Below are positions 28,216 to 37,263 of a stretch of DNA of 64,000 nt, piece by piece. Position numbers and translations under genes: made by a program. Within the stretch, counting starts at the first letter, position 1. Every line of letters starts with the position of its first letter. The stretch covers positions 10,545 to 74,544 of the forward strand of contig DAOOIT010000016.1 of assembly GCA_035384565.1 (NCBI GenBank). Reading direction: 5' to 3'. Source of the stretch: Planctomycetota bacterium (lineage in GTDB: Bacteria; Planctomycetota; PUPC01; DSUN01). The notes below the pieces were generated by a model. That model had not been told where the DNA came from and did no database searches. It saw only the letters and a program-made list of their open reading frames with translations.

Positions 28216-29622
28216 TCAACCTCTGGCAAGCGCCAGGTCCAGCGCCAGCAGTTCGCGGGTGAGTTCGTCGTGGGCGTTGGCGTAGGGGAGGCTGGCGCAG
28301 ATGAAGGGGACCATGTCGGCGGCGTAGCCGCCGCGGGCCGCGGCAGTACGGTCGGGCGCATAGCCCACGCTGTCGTTGACGAAACTGCACACCAGCGTGG
28401 GCTTGCCCTGCGCGGCGGCCACCACGTCGTTCTTGATGGCCTGGAAGGTTTCGAAGCCGGAGCCGAGAATGGCGAGGGACCCGATGCGCATCCCCGCGAC
28501 CTCGGTGGGGTCAGCCAATGGCTGGTTGGCCGCCGCCTTGGCGAGCAGTCGCCGCAGGGCCGTGACGTAGACCATGGCGATCCGGACCTCGTGCGGGGCG
28601 TCCGTGGCGTCGAGCTTGTGGAGCTTGGGCTCGCATTCGGCGAGGAGTTCGCGCAGCTTCTCAACGCCCCACGGCTTGCGGCTGAATGTGACTTTGCGGC
28701 GGGCCGACGAAATGCGATCAACGCCGAGGGGCTTCGCCGCCGCGATGCCGTTGCGAACCGCGTTGGCGTAGCGGCCGGCGATGATGTCGAGAGCAAGAAG
28801 CGAGTCGGTCTCGGGCTTGTGGCAGACGCAGGTGTTGACATCGCCCTGGGCGCCCTGAAGGAAGAGACCGACGGCGCCGGGGTGCTCGCGCTCGATGAGA
28901 TTGGTGGCCACGCCGGCGTAGTCGCCGTGGATGTAGCGCGTGGCCTCGCAGCACACGACGGGGTGGCAGCCGAAGTAGCTGACGAAGCCGAGGATGCCGT
29001 CTCCTTGTGGGCGGGGCGTCTCTGCCCCGCGGGGCGCGGAGGCCCCGCCCACAGCGCCGAGGCCCCGCCCACGCCTGGTGGCGACGAGCACGTGGCAGGT
29101 GGTGTCGGTGAGTTCGGGCTTGGCGGGGCGCCAGTCGTCGCGGAGCACCACGTCGAGGGGCTGAGCGTCCTTGTCGTATTCGCGGTTGCAGCCGATGCCG
29201 TGGCAGGGCACTTCGGCGTGGGCGAGTTCGGCCTCCTCGAGGCGTTCGAGGGCATGAAGGCAGGCGGTGGCAATTCGTGACGGAAGGGTCTCGACGTAGG
29301 GCGGGTCGGGCTCTCCCCAGCCGATGTACGGGCCGGTGCAGGGGCCGCTGTGAGTGTGGGACGAACAGAGGAGCACGGCGTCGGGGGCAAGGCCGGCACG
29401 TTCGCCGAGGATCGTGCGCACGCGCTCGGTGATGGGCAGTGCCGTGCCGATGAGGTCGAGGGCAACAAGGACTTGGCGGAGGCCGCCGAGTTCCAGCGCC
29501 ATGGCCCGCGCCCACAAGTGGTCGCGGACCTCGATGCTCTTGCGGCAGCGGAACGGCCCGAAGCCGCACAGTTCCACGCCCACCCGCGGCGTGATGTCGT
29601 TCTTCGCAAAGCCGATGCGCAT
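28216..29622 (-). CDS. neutral/alkaline ceramidase N-terminal-domain-like hydrolase
   Basis: Start MRIGFAKNDITP..ELCGFG and the overall architecture match the neutral ceramidase N-terminal family. It contains a G/A-rich low-complexity insertion (RGRGLGAVGGASAPRGAETPRPQGDG). Confidence 0.6.
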   Translation of the reverse strand: MRIGFAKNDITPRVGVELCGFGPFRCRKSIEVRDHLWARAMALELGGLRQVLVALDLIGTALPITERVRTILGERAGLAPDAVLLCSSHTHSGPCTGPYIGWGEPDPPYVETLPSRIATACLHALERLEEAELAHAEVPCHGIGCNREYDKDAQPLDVVLRDDWRPAKPELTDTTCHVLVATRRGRGLGAVGGASAPRGAETPRPQGDGILGFVSYFGCHPVVCCEATRYIHGDYAGVATNLIEREHPGAVGLFLQGAQGDVNTCVCHKPETDSLLALDIIAGRYANAVRNGIAAAKPLGVDRISSARRKVTFSRKPWGVEKLRELLAECEPKLHKLDATDAPHEVRIAMVYVTALRRLLAKAAANQPLADPTEVAGMRIGSLAILGSGFETFQAIKNDVVAAAQGKPTLVCSFVNDSVGYAPDRTAAARGGYAADMVPFICASLPYANAHDELTRELLALDLALARG

Positions 29623-29798
29623 CGCGGGGCCTCCTGGGGTTCGCTGACAGAACCAACACGACTGGGAACATACCTGCCCTGTGAGCAGGTGTCAACTGGG
29701 ACTGATGCGCCTCATAGGGCCGACGTGGTGCATGGAATGGACGCGATGGAAATCGTGGACGCGCGCAAGGAGCGAGTCCACAGTGTCCATCGGGTGCA

Positions 29799-30266
29799 TT
29801 ATGCCCAGTCGAGGGAGCGCGCGATGACCATAGCTCGCCTTGGGCTTCTGGTCGTGCCGCGGCACGTTCCCTTGTCACTGGTTGGGCACGAGCTTGACGA
29901 CGAAGGCTTGGCCAGAAAACCGTCGTTCATGCCCCTCAGCTCGCGTTGAACCGCCGCGTCGGTCGTCGGAAAGTCGGGCGATGCAGTGACGCCGGAGAGG
30001 AGGAAGGAGCCATCGGCCAAGAGGAGCGGGCGGTGCTCGGCGCGGTTGCCGCTCGGAGGCCCGAGGCGCTGGCCCGTCAAGCCAAGATCGTCCACCAGAA
30101 CGCCCGGCACCTGCGCCTGCACTGCCTCAAGGGCATCGGGCACGTGAGCGGTGCCGCCCCAGCCTAGGACCTTCTGGTAGCGCGTAGAGGAGTCCACGGT
30201 CACGGTAGCTGCCGTCGCGACGAGGCACCCACCGCACAGAGCAAGCCAGCTCAAGGCAGGCCGCAT
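29799..30266 (-). CDS. truncated paralog of the SBBP beta-propeller gene 32918-34414 (signal peptide plus one repeat; possible remnant or pseudogene)
   Basis: Residues ..RPLLLADGSFLLSGVTASPDFPTTDAAVQRELRGMNDGFLAK are near-identical to the 33-34 kb protein. About 130 bp (29.93-30.06 kb) are almost identical to 33.36-33.49 kb. The original C-terminal codons (..FVVKLVPNQ*) persist out of frame. ATG at 30266 has a GGAG Shine-Dalgarno and is coupled to the stop of the upstream gene (30278). Confidence 0.45.
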   Translation of the reverse strand: MRPALSWLALCGGCLVATAATVTVDSSTRYQKVLGWGGTAHVPDALEAVQAQVPGVLVDDLGLTGQRLGPPSGNRAEHRPLLLADGSFLLSGVTASPDFPTTDAAVQRELRGMNDGFLAKPSSSSSCPTSDKGTCRGTTRSPRRAMVIARSLDWA

Positions 30267-30277
30267 GGCTTCTCCTC

Positions 30278-32905
30278 TCAAGGCCTTCCGCTGGCGGTCG
30301 CAGCGGCCTGATAGAGTCGGCGCGAACGGGCCTGCCAGCCGAGATGGTACTGCTCCATGCTGTAGATGACCGAGTTCCCGACGAAGAAGGTCGTCTCGCT
30401 GAAGTGGTCGGCGAGCACCTGCTTCAGGCGCGTGTTGGCCGCCTTGGGGAATTGCAGACGGTCCAGTGCTTGCTCGATGGCGATGCGGGCCTCGGCCTCC
30501 TGGATGCCCTCGAGGAGCGCTTCGAACCGGGCGCTGGATTCGGCCCCCGCCTCGCCCGGCCAGAGGAGGAAGAGGACTGGAACACCCGTGATCCAGCGTG
30601 GCGGCTCCATCGCCTCATAGTGGATGCCGGCCCATTCGTCGGCGCCGACCCACGCGAAGCCGTTCCGCCCCATCGCCAGCGCGCGGTCCACCATCGCCCG
30701 GTAGGCAAAGGGGTGCGAGGTGGTGTGCAAGGCGAACGACGTGCCGCCGACGCGCGGGCTGGCCAGATGGATGCAGGGGCTGCGCCAACCCTGGTCGTCG
30801 CGGAAGTTCCGCCAGCCGCCCTGGTAGCGGATGTCGGTGATCAGCTTGTAGAAGCGGTCGTTGAGGCAGTACTTTGCGTTGTACATGATCTCGTGGCCAT
30901 AGGCGGTCCAGAAGACCTCTGGCGCAGCGGCGGCAAGAATGTCCTTGAGCTGTGGGTCAGCCTCAGCCTCGAGGGGTGCGCCCCAATACATGCTCTTGTC
31001 GAGCCCGCGGGCCTTCATGTGGGCGACGAGCGAGCGGGCGAATGCCTCCCACATCGGGCGGTCCACAGGCGCGAGAGCGGCCTCACCCGTCGCCTCGTCG
31101 AGCACGCACACCTGCGCGGGCGCATCAGGGTTGATCTGGCTTTTCATCCCCTGCATCACGACGAACTGAATGACCCGAGGCGGCCCGCAGTGCTTGACGG
31201 CCAGGTCCAGATAGCGGTCGAGAATGGCGTAGTCGAACGCAATCTGGCCGCCCTTGCGCTTCCAGCGGACCATCGAGTCCGAGCGGTTGCCGAACTCGGT
31301 GCGCGCGATGACGGGCACGTTGAGCCAGGCGTTGCCGATGCGCGCGAGCTGGCGGAAGCTAGCATCAAGGAGCCTGAAGTGTTCGTCGGACCAGAGCTTC
31401 ACCCTATATTGCTTCGCCACTCCGTAGGGGTTCTGCATGCAGGCGACGAAGGTCTTGAAGTCCCTGGGGTCGGGCAGTCGCCACGGCAGGACCTCGGCCT
31501 CGACAGGCAGACTCGCCGGCTCCATCCCATTCGCCGTCACCTCGACAGCGCCGCGGTAGGTGCCCGGCACCGCATCCGCTGGCACGCGCAGCGAGAGCCA
31601 GATGGGGCGCGCTGCATTGGCAGGGAGCACGACGGAAGCATCGGGAATGAGGTGGTCGAAGAGCCAGGGGCCGTCGTCCTGCATCTTCGCGTAGGCCGCG
31701 AGCTGCGCCGCATCGGGAAACGAGGCGCCGAGCCCCCGCTCATCGCCCAGTTTCCTCAAGCTCCAGGCGGACACCGGAAAAGGGGCCATGTGCGTGGCAC
31801 GGATGGCGGAGGCGGGGAGCTTGGCGCCGCCCTCGATGGCGAGGTCGGTCACCCGCGCCCGAAGATCGGTGAGCGGGGCCGCGCTGCGGATCACCACTTG
31901 AGCGGAGTACGTGCCGTTTCGCGCGGCCACAAAACGCACGGTGCCCGGCGTCTCACCGGGCGGCAGGAAGTCGCTGGAGAGCGTCCGGTGGTGCATGTCC
32001 TCGGCCCACACCTGGACATGCCCAGGGCGATCAGAGGCGGGTCTTGCCTCATGTGGGGCAGCGCGAAGCTCGAGGCTGATGAGGCGGCCGTGCGGCCACG
32101 GGCGCTGTGGCCCGCCCCAGTTTGGCTGGATCGGGTTCATGAGGACCACGGGATGGAAGCAGCTTGCGCGAACCTCGACGGCGAGGACGTTGAGACCTCT
32201 GCGCAGTGCAACCGCGGGGACAGCGATCGGCCCGAGCGAGCGCTGAGACAGTTCGGCGCCCTTCGGGCCGTAGGCCTCGGGCGGGTAGTCGTCGCCCGGG
32301 GTGTCGGGCGCCAGTTCGCCCTTGGGCAGATGGCCGCGGGCGACCTCGTAGCCGTTGACGAACACGCGGACCCCGCCGCTGTAGGCCAACCGAAGGGTAA
32401 GGGCCTCAGGCTCCGTGAGGGCGAATCGCGTGCGGTAGCAGGCCACGAGGAGCCGCAGGTCCACGCTCTCGTCGTACTGGCCGAGGTTGATCATCGTGAG
32501 TTCGGGCGCCGGGCCGCCCTGGAAGGGCCGACGGTCGCGGACCCACCCGCCATCATCGAAGTCGGCCGCCATCCAGTCCGCAGGCGGCGGAGGCGTGGGA
32601 ACGGGGTCGTTCGAGCGGAACCCGCCGCCGCCCATGCTCAACACCGCGTGGTCGCGCCAGTCCACCACGGCAGGGTCTATGCCCTTGGCCTTGAGCGCCC
32701 TTTCGGTGTCGGCCTTGAGCCTGGCAGCGAGGCGCGGCTCGATCGGCTTGCCTGCCTGAGCCTTCAGGGGGACCGGCGAGATGCGGTTGAGGCCGAACTG
32801 GTAGTACCGCCGCCAGTAGCACGTCTCGTCGAGCACAAGCAGGGAGCTCTCGCCGCCGAACGCTTGAGCAAGGAGCAGACCACAGCCGAGAACTAGCCGC
32901 CGCAC
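30278..32905 (-). CDS. large secreted glycoside-hydrolase-like protein, paralog 2 (same family as 14374-16893)
   Basis: Signal peptide MRRLVLGCGLLLAQAFG. N-terminal ADFDDGGW motif. Conserved blocks LPWRLPDPRDFKTFV..NPYGVAKQYRVKLWSDEHF..RTEFGNRSDSMVRW and QEAEARIAIEQAL. Confidence 0.8.
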   Translation of the reverse strand: MRRLVLGCGLLLAQAFGGESSLLVLDETCYWRRYYQFGLNRISPVPLKAQAGKPIEPRLAARLKADTERALKAKGIDPAVVDWRDHAVLSMGGGGFRSNDPVPTPPPPADWMAADFDDGGWVRDRRPFQGGPAPELTMINLGQYDESVDLRLLVACYRTRFALTEPEALTLRLAYSGGVRVFVNGYEVARGHLPKGELAPDTPGDDYPPEAYGPKGAELSQRSLGPIAVPAVALRRGLNVLAVEVRASCFHPVVLMNPIQPNWGGPQRPWPHGRLISLELRAAPHEARPASDRPGHVQVWAEDMHHRTLSSDFLPPGETPGTVRFVAARNGTYSAQVVIRSAAPLTDLRARVTDLAIEGGAKLPASAIRATHMAPFPVSAWSLRKLGDERGLGASFPDAAQLAAYAKMQDDGPWLFDHLIPDASVVLPANAARPIWLSLRVPADAVPGTYRGAVEVTANGMEPASLPVEAEVLPWRLPDPRDFKTFVACMQNPYGVAKQYRVKLWSDEHFRLLDASFRQLARIGNAWLNVPVIARTEFGNRSDSMVRWKRKGGQIAFDYAILDRYLDLAVKHCGPPRVIQFVVMQGMKSQINPDAPAQVCVLDEATGEAALAPVDRPMWEAFARSLVAHMKARGLDKSMYWGAPLEAEADPQLKDILAAAAPEVFWTAYGHEIMYNAKYCLNDRFYKLITDIRYQGGWRNFRDDQGWRSPCIHLASPRVGGTSFALHTTSHPFAYRAMVDRALAMGRNGFAWVGADEWAGIHYEAMEPPRWITGVPVLFLLWPGEAGAESSARFEALLEGIQEAEARIAIEQALDRLQFPKAANTRLKQVLADHFSETTFFVGNSVIYSMEQYHLGWQARSRRLYQAAATASGRP

Positions 32906-32917
32906 ATGGTTCTCCTG

Positions 32918-34414
32918 TCATTGGCTTGGCACGAGCTTGACGATGAAGGCGTCGCCACTGCCGGCGTGGGTCTTCTGGACGGCATTCGGGGTCACGGGGA
33001 AGTCGGGCGACGAAGTGTTGCCGACGAGGTAGACCTCGCCCTTGGAGCCAAGGGCAAGGCTGCGAATCAGGTCGCCCCCGCTCCCGCCGAAGTAGGTGGC
33101 GTAAAGCAGTCTTGAGCCATCGGGGCTCACAATGGCCAGCACCCCGTCGCCCTCCCCTGCTTCCTCGGGGCCGCGGAAGGTGGGCTGCACAGCATCCGGG
33201 GTCACGGGGAAGTCGCGCGAGGTGGTCGTTCCAACGACGTAGAGGTTGCCGTCGGCATCCTGTGTCGGCATGAGGAAGAACTCACCCCCAGTTCCTCCGA
33301 GGAGGGTGGAGAAGATGAAGCGTCGTCCGTCGGGCGAGAGCTTGGCCAGGAAGCCGTCGTTCCTACCCCTCAGCTCGCGTTGAACCGCCGCGTTCGTCGT
33401 CGGGAAGTCGGGCGATGCGGTGACGCCGGAGAGGAGGAAGGAGCCATCGGCCAAGAGGAGCGGGCAGTGCTCGGCGAACTCGTTACCGCGGCCTCCGAGA
33501 TAGGTGGCGTGGAGGATGCGGGAGGCGTCGGGCGAGAGCTTGGCCAGGTAGCAGTCGAACTCCCCGCCGAGCTTGGGCTGGGGCGCGCCGGCCGTCACGG
33601 GGAAGTCATCGGACCTCGTGTGGCCCGCGACGTAAAGGTTCCCAGCGGCGTCGAGGCGGATGCCCATGATGGCGTCGTCCTCGCCGCTGCCGCCGAGGAG
33701 GGTGGCGAAGACGAGGCCGGAGCCGTCGGGTTTGAGCCTCACGATGGCGGAGTCGCGCGGCCCGCTCCGTTTCGGCTGCACGACGCCCCGGGTCGTGGGG
33801 AAATCGGGCGAGTTGCTGGTGCCGACGACGTAGACCGTGTCGTCCGGCCCGACAGCCAGGCCGCCGCGTGGGAAGTCGTCGCCCGAGCCGCCCACATAGG
33901 TGCACCAGAGGAGCTTCTTGAGGTCGGGCGAGAGCTTGGCCACGAGCATGTCGGACGGCCCGCCGCCGAACGTGGGCTGGAAGCAGCCCGAGGTGGTCGG
34001 CGCATCGGGCGAGCGGGTGGCGCTCGTGATGACCACGTTGCCCTTCGAGTCGATGCCCATGCCGTAGACGTTGCGCTCCTGCTTCGAGCCGCCGAAGTAA
34101 GTGGCGGCGAGCACCTTCGAGCCGTCGGGGCTGAGGCGGAGAAGGAAGCAGTCGCCGCCATAGATGCCGCCGTGGCCGAGGGCAGGGTCGTCGCCCGCGT
34201 AGGCCGGCTGCACAACGCCCTCCGTGGTCGGAAGGCCGGGTGAGCACACCTGTGCACCCACGAGCACGGAGCCGTCGGGACACGGGATTACCTCGCGCGC
34301 CTGGTCCCAACCGCTGCCGCCGAAGTAGGTGGCGTACTCCAGTTTGAACCTGGGCTGGGCGGCGGAGGCCGCCCCACACGAGAGGCACAGGAAGAGCACG
34401 AGTGTTCGCGACAT
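32918..34414 (-). CDS. secreted SBBP (beta-propeller repeat) protein
   Basis: Signal peptide MSRTLVLFLCLSCGAASA. Repeated YFGGSG..D.....DG.VYV.G.T.S.DFP.T.GA.Q units are typical of the SBBP repeat. Confidence 0.75.
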   Translation of the reverse strand: MSRTLVLFLCLSCGAASAAQPRFKLEYATYFGGSGWDQAREVIPCPDGSVLVGAQVCSPGLPTTEGVVQPAYAGDDPALGHGGIYGGDCFLLRLSPDGSKVLAATYFGGSKQERNVYGMGIDSKGNVVITSATRSPDAPTTSGCFQPTFGGGPSDMLVAKLSPDLKKLLWCTYVGGSGDDFPRGGLAVGPDDTVYVVGTSNSPDFPTTRGVVQPKRSGPRDSAIVRLKPDGSGLVFATLLGGSGEDDAIMGIRLDAAGNLYVAGHTRSDDFPVTAGAPQPKLGGEFDCYLAKLSPDASRILHATYLGGRGNEFAEHCPLLLADGSFLLSGVTASPDFPTTNAAVQRELRGRNDGFLAKLSPDGRRFIFSTLLGGTGGEFFLMPTQDADGNLYVVGTTTSRDFPVTPDAVQPTFRGPEEAGEGDGVLAIVSPDGSRLLYATYFGGSGGDLIRSLALGSKGEVYLVGNTSSPDFPVTPNAVQKTHAGSGDAFIVKLVPSQ

Positions 34415-34417
34415 GGC

Positions 34418-37138
34418 TCACTCCTTGTGTGAAGCGAGGGCTGTGGCCACCTCGCCGGCCGCGTCGAAGAGGCGTCGGCTGCGCTCTTGCCAGCCGAAGG
34501 GCGCGATGTCCTGGCAGCGCAGGCGCCAGAGGCGCATCAGGTTGGTTCGCACGTCGAGGAGTTGCTGACAGCTACGAGCGAGGTCGGCGGGCAGGGGTTG
34601 GTGCTTGTTCAACAAGGCTTTCTCGATGAAGACTCGGGCCTCGGCCTCCTGGTTGCCCTCGCGGGCGCACTCGAGGCGAATGGTCGTCACAGGGCCATCG
34701 GGGCCCGGGGCGAAGAGGTCGGTGCAGCTCCGCCCGAGGCCGGTCTCGTCGGCGTGCGAATGGAAGTAACGGTTGAAGAGCGTGCCGCCGCTGCCGCCCA
34801 CAATGCCCCAGTCAGGCTTGCCGTCGCCGAGGAGTTGCGCGCCGATGTGCCAGTAGTCGCCGCCGACGCGGCCGTTGCCGGCCCGGCCATAGACCAGCGT
34901 GCTCTCCATCCACATACGGAATGACCAGGGCGGCGGGAAGCCGATCAGCAGCAGGGCCGAGCCGCTGCGGTTGAAGTTGAGGATAACCTGGTTCGGGTCG
35001 TACTGCCAGCCATAGAGGCGCCGCACGGCGGGGTCGGGGATGTCGCCGCCGTAGACCACCGAGTTCCAGCGGACGGGCACGGTGGCCTTGGTCGCCGGGT
35101 CGTAGACGTAGGCTCGCTGGGGCTGGTGCGACTCGGCGAGCCAGCCGGCCTCGGGCAGAATGCGGCGGAACATGGCCGCCGTGGGCGGGTCAGGCCCCAT
35201 GTCGCCAGCGATCCCGAGTACGACCCGGTCGCCCAGCCCTTTGGCCTTCAGCCGTTCGTGAAGCGCGACGAGCAGGGGGCGCCAGGCGGCCTCGCACTCG
35301 GGCGTGCCGTACTGGGGGAGCTTGACGCTCTCGCGCCTGCCCGTGGCGGGGTCAATGACTGTGACGCGGGCGCCATAGAAGGAGGCGTAATCGCGCGGCC
35401 CCTTCCACGTGCGGTTCGACGCCTCGTAGCCCCAGGCGTTCAGCGAGACGAATCGCAAGCGGCCGTGGGTCTTGAGCGCCGCGTCGAGATAGCGGTCGAA
35501 CCGGCTGAAGTCGTAGCGATACGAGCCGTCGGGCTGCTTGAGCCAGGGCACGAGCGATTCGGGGTTGCCCATTTGGGATTCGGCGAGCAAGGGGATGAGG
35601 AGGCCAATGTTGCCCATCTCGCCCATCAGCGCCAGGCTCTTCTCGATGAGCCGCCAATGCGCGTCGGACCAGGGCTCGACCTTGTAGTATCGAGCCAGGG
35701 TGTCGGGCGACTGATAGATGTGGAGGAGCGTCGCATAGTCCTTCACGTCGGGAAGGGTCCAGTCGCACACATGTAGTTCGAGGGTGCCGGCGAAGGCCCG
35801 GCCTTGCGCTTCGATGGCCAGTTCGCCGGTGTAGCGGCCGGCAGGAGCGCCCTTAGGCACCCTGGCCGATACCCAGATGGCCACGGCCGTGGCGTTGGCT
35901 GGCGGGGCGTCGAGAAGCATGTCGAAACGGGTGCCGCCCTCGGCGCCGGCATCGCGCTTCCAACGGGGCGGCGTGACGGGCATGCCCATCTGGCGCAGCG
36001 CGTCGGGCCAGAAGGGGTTGGGCACGCCGTAGCGCACGCGGATCGCCTCGGCGGGGATGAGGCCGCTGCCGCTTACCTGCTTGAGAGCCGCGGCCCTGGC
36101 CGAGAGGCCCCTCAGCGGCTCGTCGCTGGCCACGATGGCCTGGCCGGCGAAGGTGCCGTTGCGGGCGCCCACGATGCGCACCTTGCCTCGGCTCTCGTTG
36201 GCCGCCGACAGCGCGGGCTCGAAGAGCGTGCGCGTCGTGTCCACGGTCCACACCTGGATGCCGCCCGGTCCGGTCCTTGTGGCTCCATCCTGAGCGTCCA
36301 GGCGGAGTTCGAGGCGGCCCAGGCCCACCGTGGCGGCGATGGCGTCGGGCTGCCGCATGCACTGGGGCGGGTAGGTGCCGCGGTGCATCTCGATGGCGAG
36401 CACGTTCGCGCCGTTGCGCAGGGGGCCGAGCGGGATCGCGACGGGACCGAATGCCCGCTCGCGCAGCGCCCACTGCGGGCACCGGAGGTCGTTGGTGTCG
36501 AGGGGTCGGGGGCGGCCCTTCTCCAGGCTGTCGCGGTAGAAGAAGGCTTCGGGCGGGTATGCCTCAGCGGGGGTGCCGGGGCGCAGATTGCCCTCTGGCA
36601 GGTGCGCGCGGGCGACTTCGACGCCGTTGAGGTAGGCCACGAAGCCGCCGCGGCAGCTCAGCGCGAGCGTGAGCCTGCGCACCTTCGTGCGGTCGGCCAC
36701 GGCGAAGCGGCCGCGCAGGCACACCAGGCCCACGGCGGGCAGAAACGGGTCCGTGCCGCGGAGGCGCGTGCTGATTCCCTCCTGGCTCATCTCGCCGATG
36801 AGCTTGAGGTCTTTCACGCCGTGCTCGAACTCCTGGCCGGGGGCGAGGAGCCAGTCGTCATCGTCGAAGTCGGGTGCGGCCCAGTTCGATGGCGGCGCCT
36901 CGGGGAACATCGCGGCCAGGCTGTCGGGTCTGGGTGCCTGGGCACCCTCGTCCGCGAACACAGGTGGGAACGTGGTGTAGTGCTTGCGCCAGTAGTGGCG
37001 CTGGGTAAGGAGGGCTTCGCCGCCGCTCAGCGGCTCGGCTCCAGAGACGGGAGGGCCGCCGAGCGCCGACACCAGAAGAGCCATGAGCACTACGAGGGGG
37101 GGGCGCACAAGGAGCGAAGGCCCCCCAGACATGGTCAT
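34418..37138 (-). CDS. large secreted glycoside-hydrolase-like protein, paralog 3
   Basis: PDFDDDDW motif. Blocks HVCDWTLPDVKDY..SPDTLARYYKVEPWSDAHW and QEAEARVFIEKAL. The likely start is MTMSGGPSLLVRPPLVVLMALLVSALG at 37138; the ORF is open to 37396 but the upstream codons are R-rich low complexity. Confidence 0.78.
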   Translation of the reverse strand: MTMSGGPSLLVRPPLVVLMALLVSALGGPPVSGAEPLSGGEALLTQRHYWRKHYTTFPPVFADEGAQAPRPDSLAAMFPEAPPSNWAAPDFDDDDWLLAPGQEFEHGVKDLKLIGEMSQEGISTRLRGTDPFLPAVGLVCLRGRFAVADRTKVRRLTLALSCRGGFVAYLNGVEVARAHLPEGNLRPGTPAEAYPPEAFFYRDSLEKGRPRPLDTNDLRCPQWALRERAFGPVAIPLGPLRNGANVLAIEMHRGTYPPQCMRQPDAIAATVGLGRLELRLDAQDGATRTGPGGIQVWTVDTTRTLFEPALSAANESRGKVRIVGARNGTFAGQAIVASDEPLRGLSARAAALKQVSGSGLIPAEAIRVRYGVPNPFWPDALRQMGMPVTPPRWKRDAGAEGGTRFDMLLDAPPANATAVAIWVSARVPKGAPAGRYTGELAIEAQGRAFAGTLELHVCDWTLPDVKDYATLLHIYQSPDTLARYYKVEPWSDAHWRLIEKSLALMGEMGNIGLLIPLLAESQMGNPESLVPWLKQPDGSYRYDFSRFDRYLDAALKTHGRLRFVSLNAWGYEASNRTWKGPRDYASFYGARVTVIDPATGRRESVKLPQYGTPECEAAWRPLLVALHERLKAKGLGDRVVLGIAGDMGPDPPTAAMFRRILPEAGWLAESHQPQRAYVYDPATKATVPVRWNSVVYGGDIPDPAVRRLYGWQYDPNQVILNFNRSGSALLLIGFPPPWSFRMWMESTLVYGRAGNGRVGGDYWHIGAQLLGDGKPDWGIVGGSGGTLFNRYFHSHADETGLGRSCTDLFAPGPDGPVTTIRLECAREGNQEAEARVFIEKALLNKHQPLPADLARSCQQLLDVRTNLMRLWRLRCQDIAPFGWQERSRRLFDAAGEVATALASHKE

Positions 37139-37263
37139 TCCGAGTGGTGTCTTGCGAAGTCGAGGAATCTGCCGTCTGCTGGAGCCGAGAAGAGTCGCCT
37201 CGCCTTCGTTCGGCATGCGCAACCCCATTGCTGCGTCCACCGTGCGCCAGGGCATCATGAGAG

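Noticed and set aside
28188-29609. N-terminal 470 codons of the 902-aa minus-strand ORF 26901-29609
   Set aside because: Only the last 429 codons (GTG at 28187 with a GGAGGA Shine-Dalgarno) form the PQQ-propeller protein. The upstream part is S/P/A/T/R low complexity and overlaps the real ceramidase-like gene (28216-29622) in another frame.
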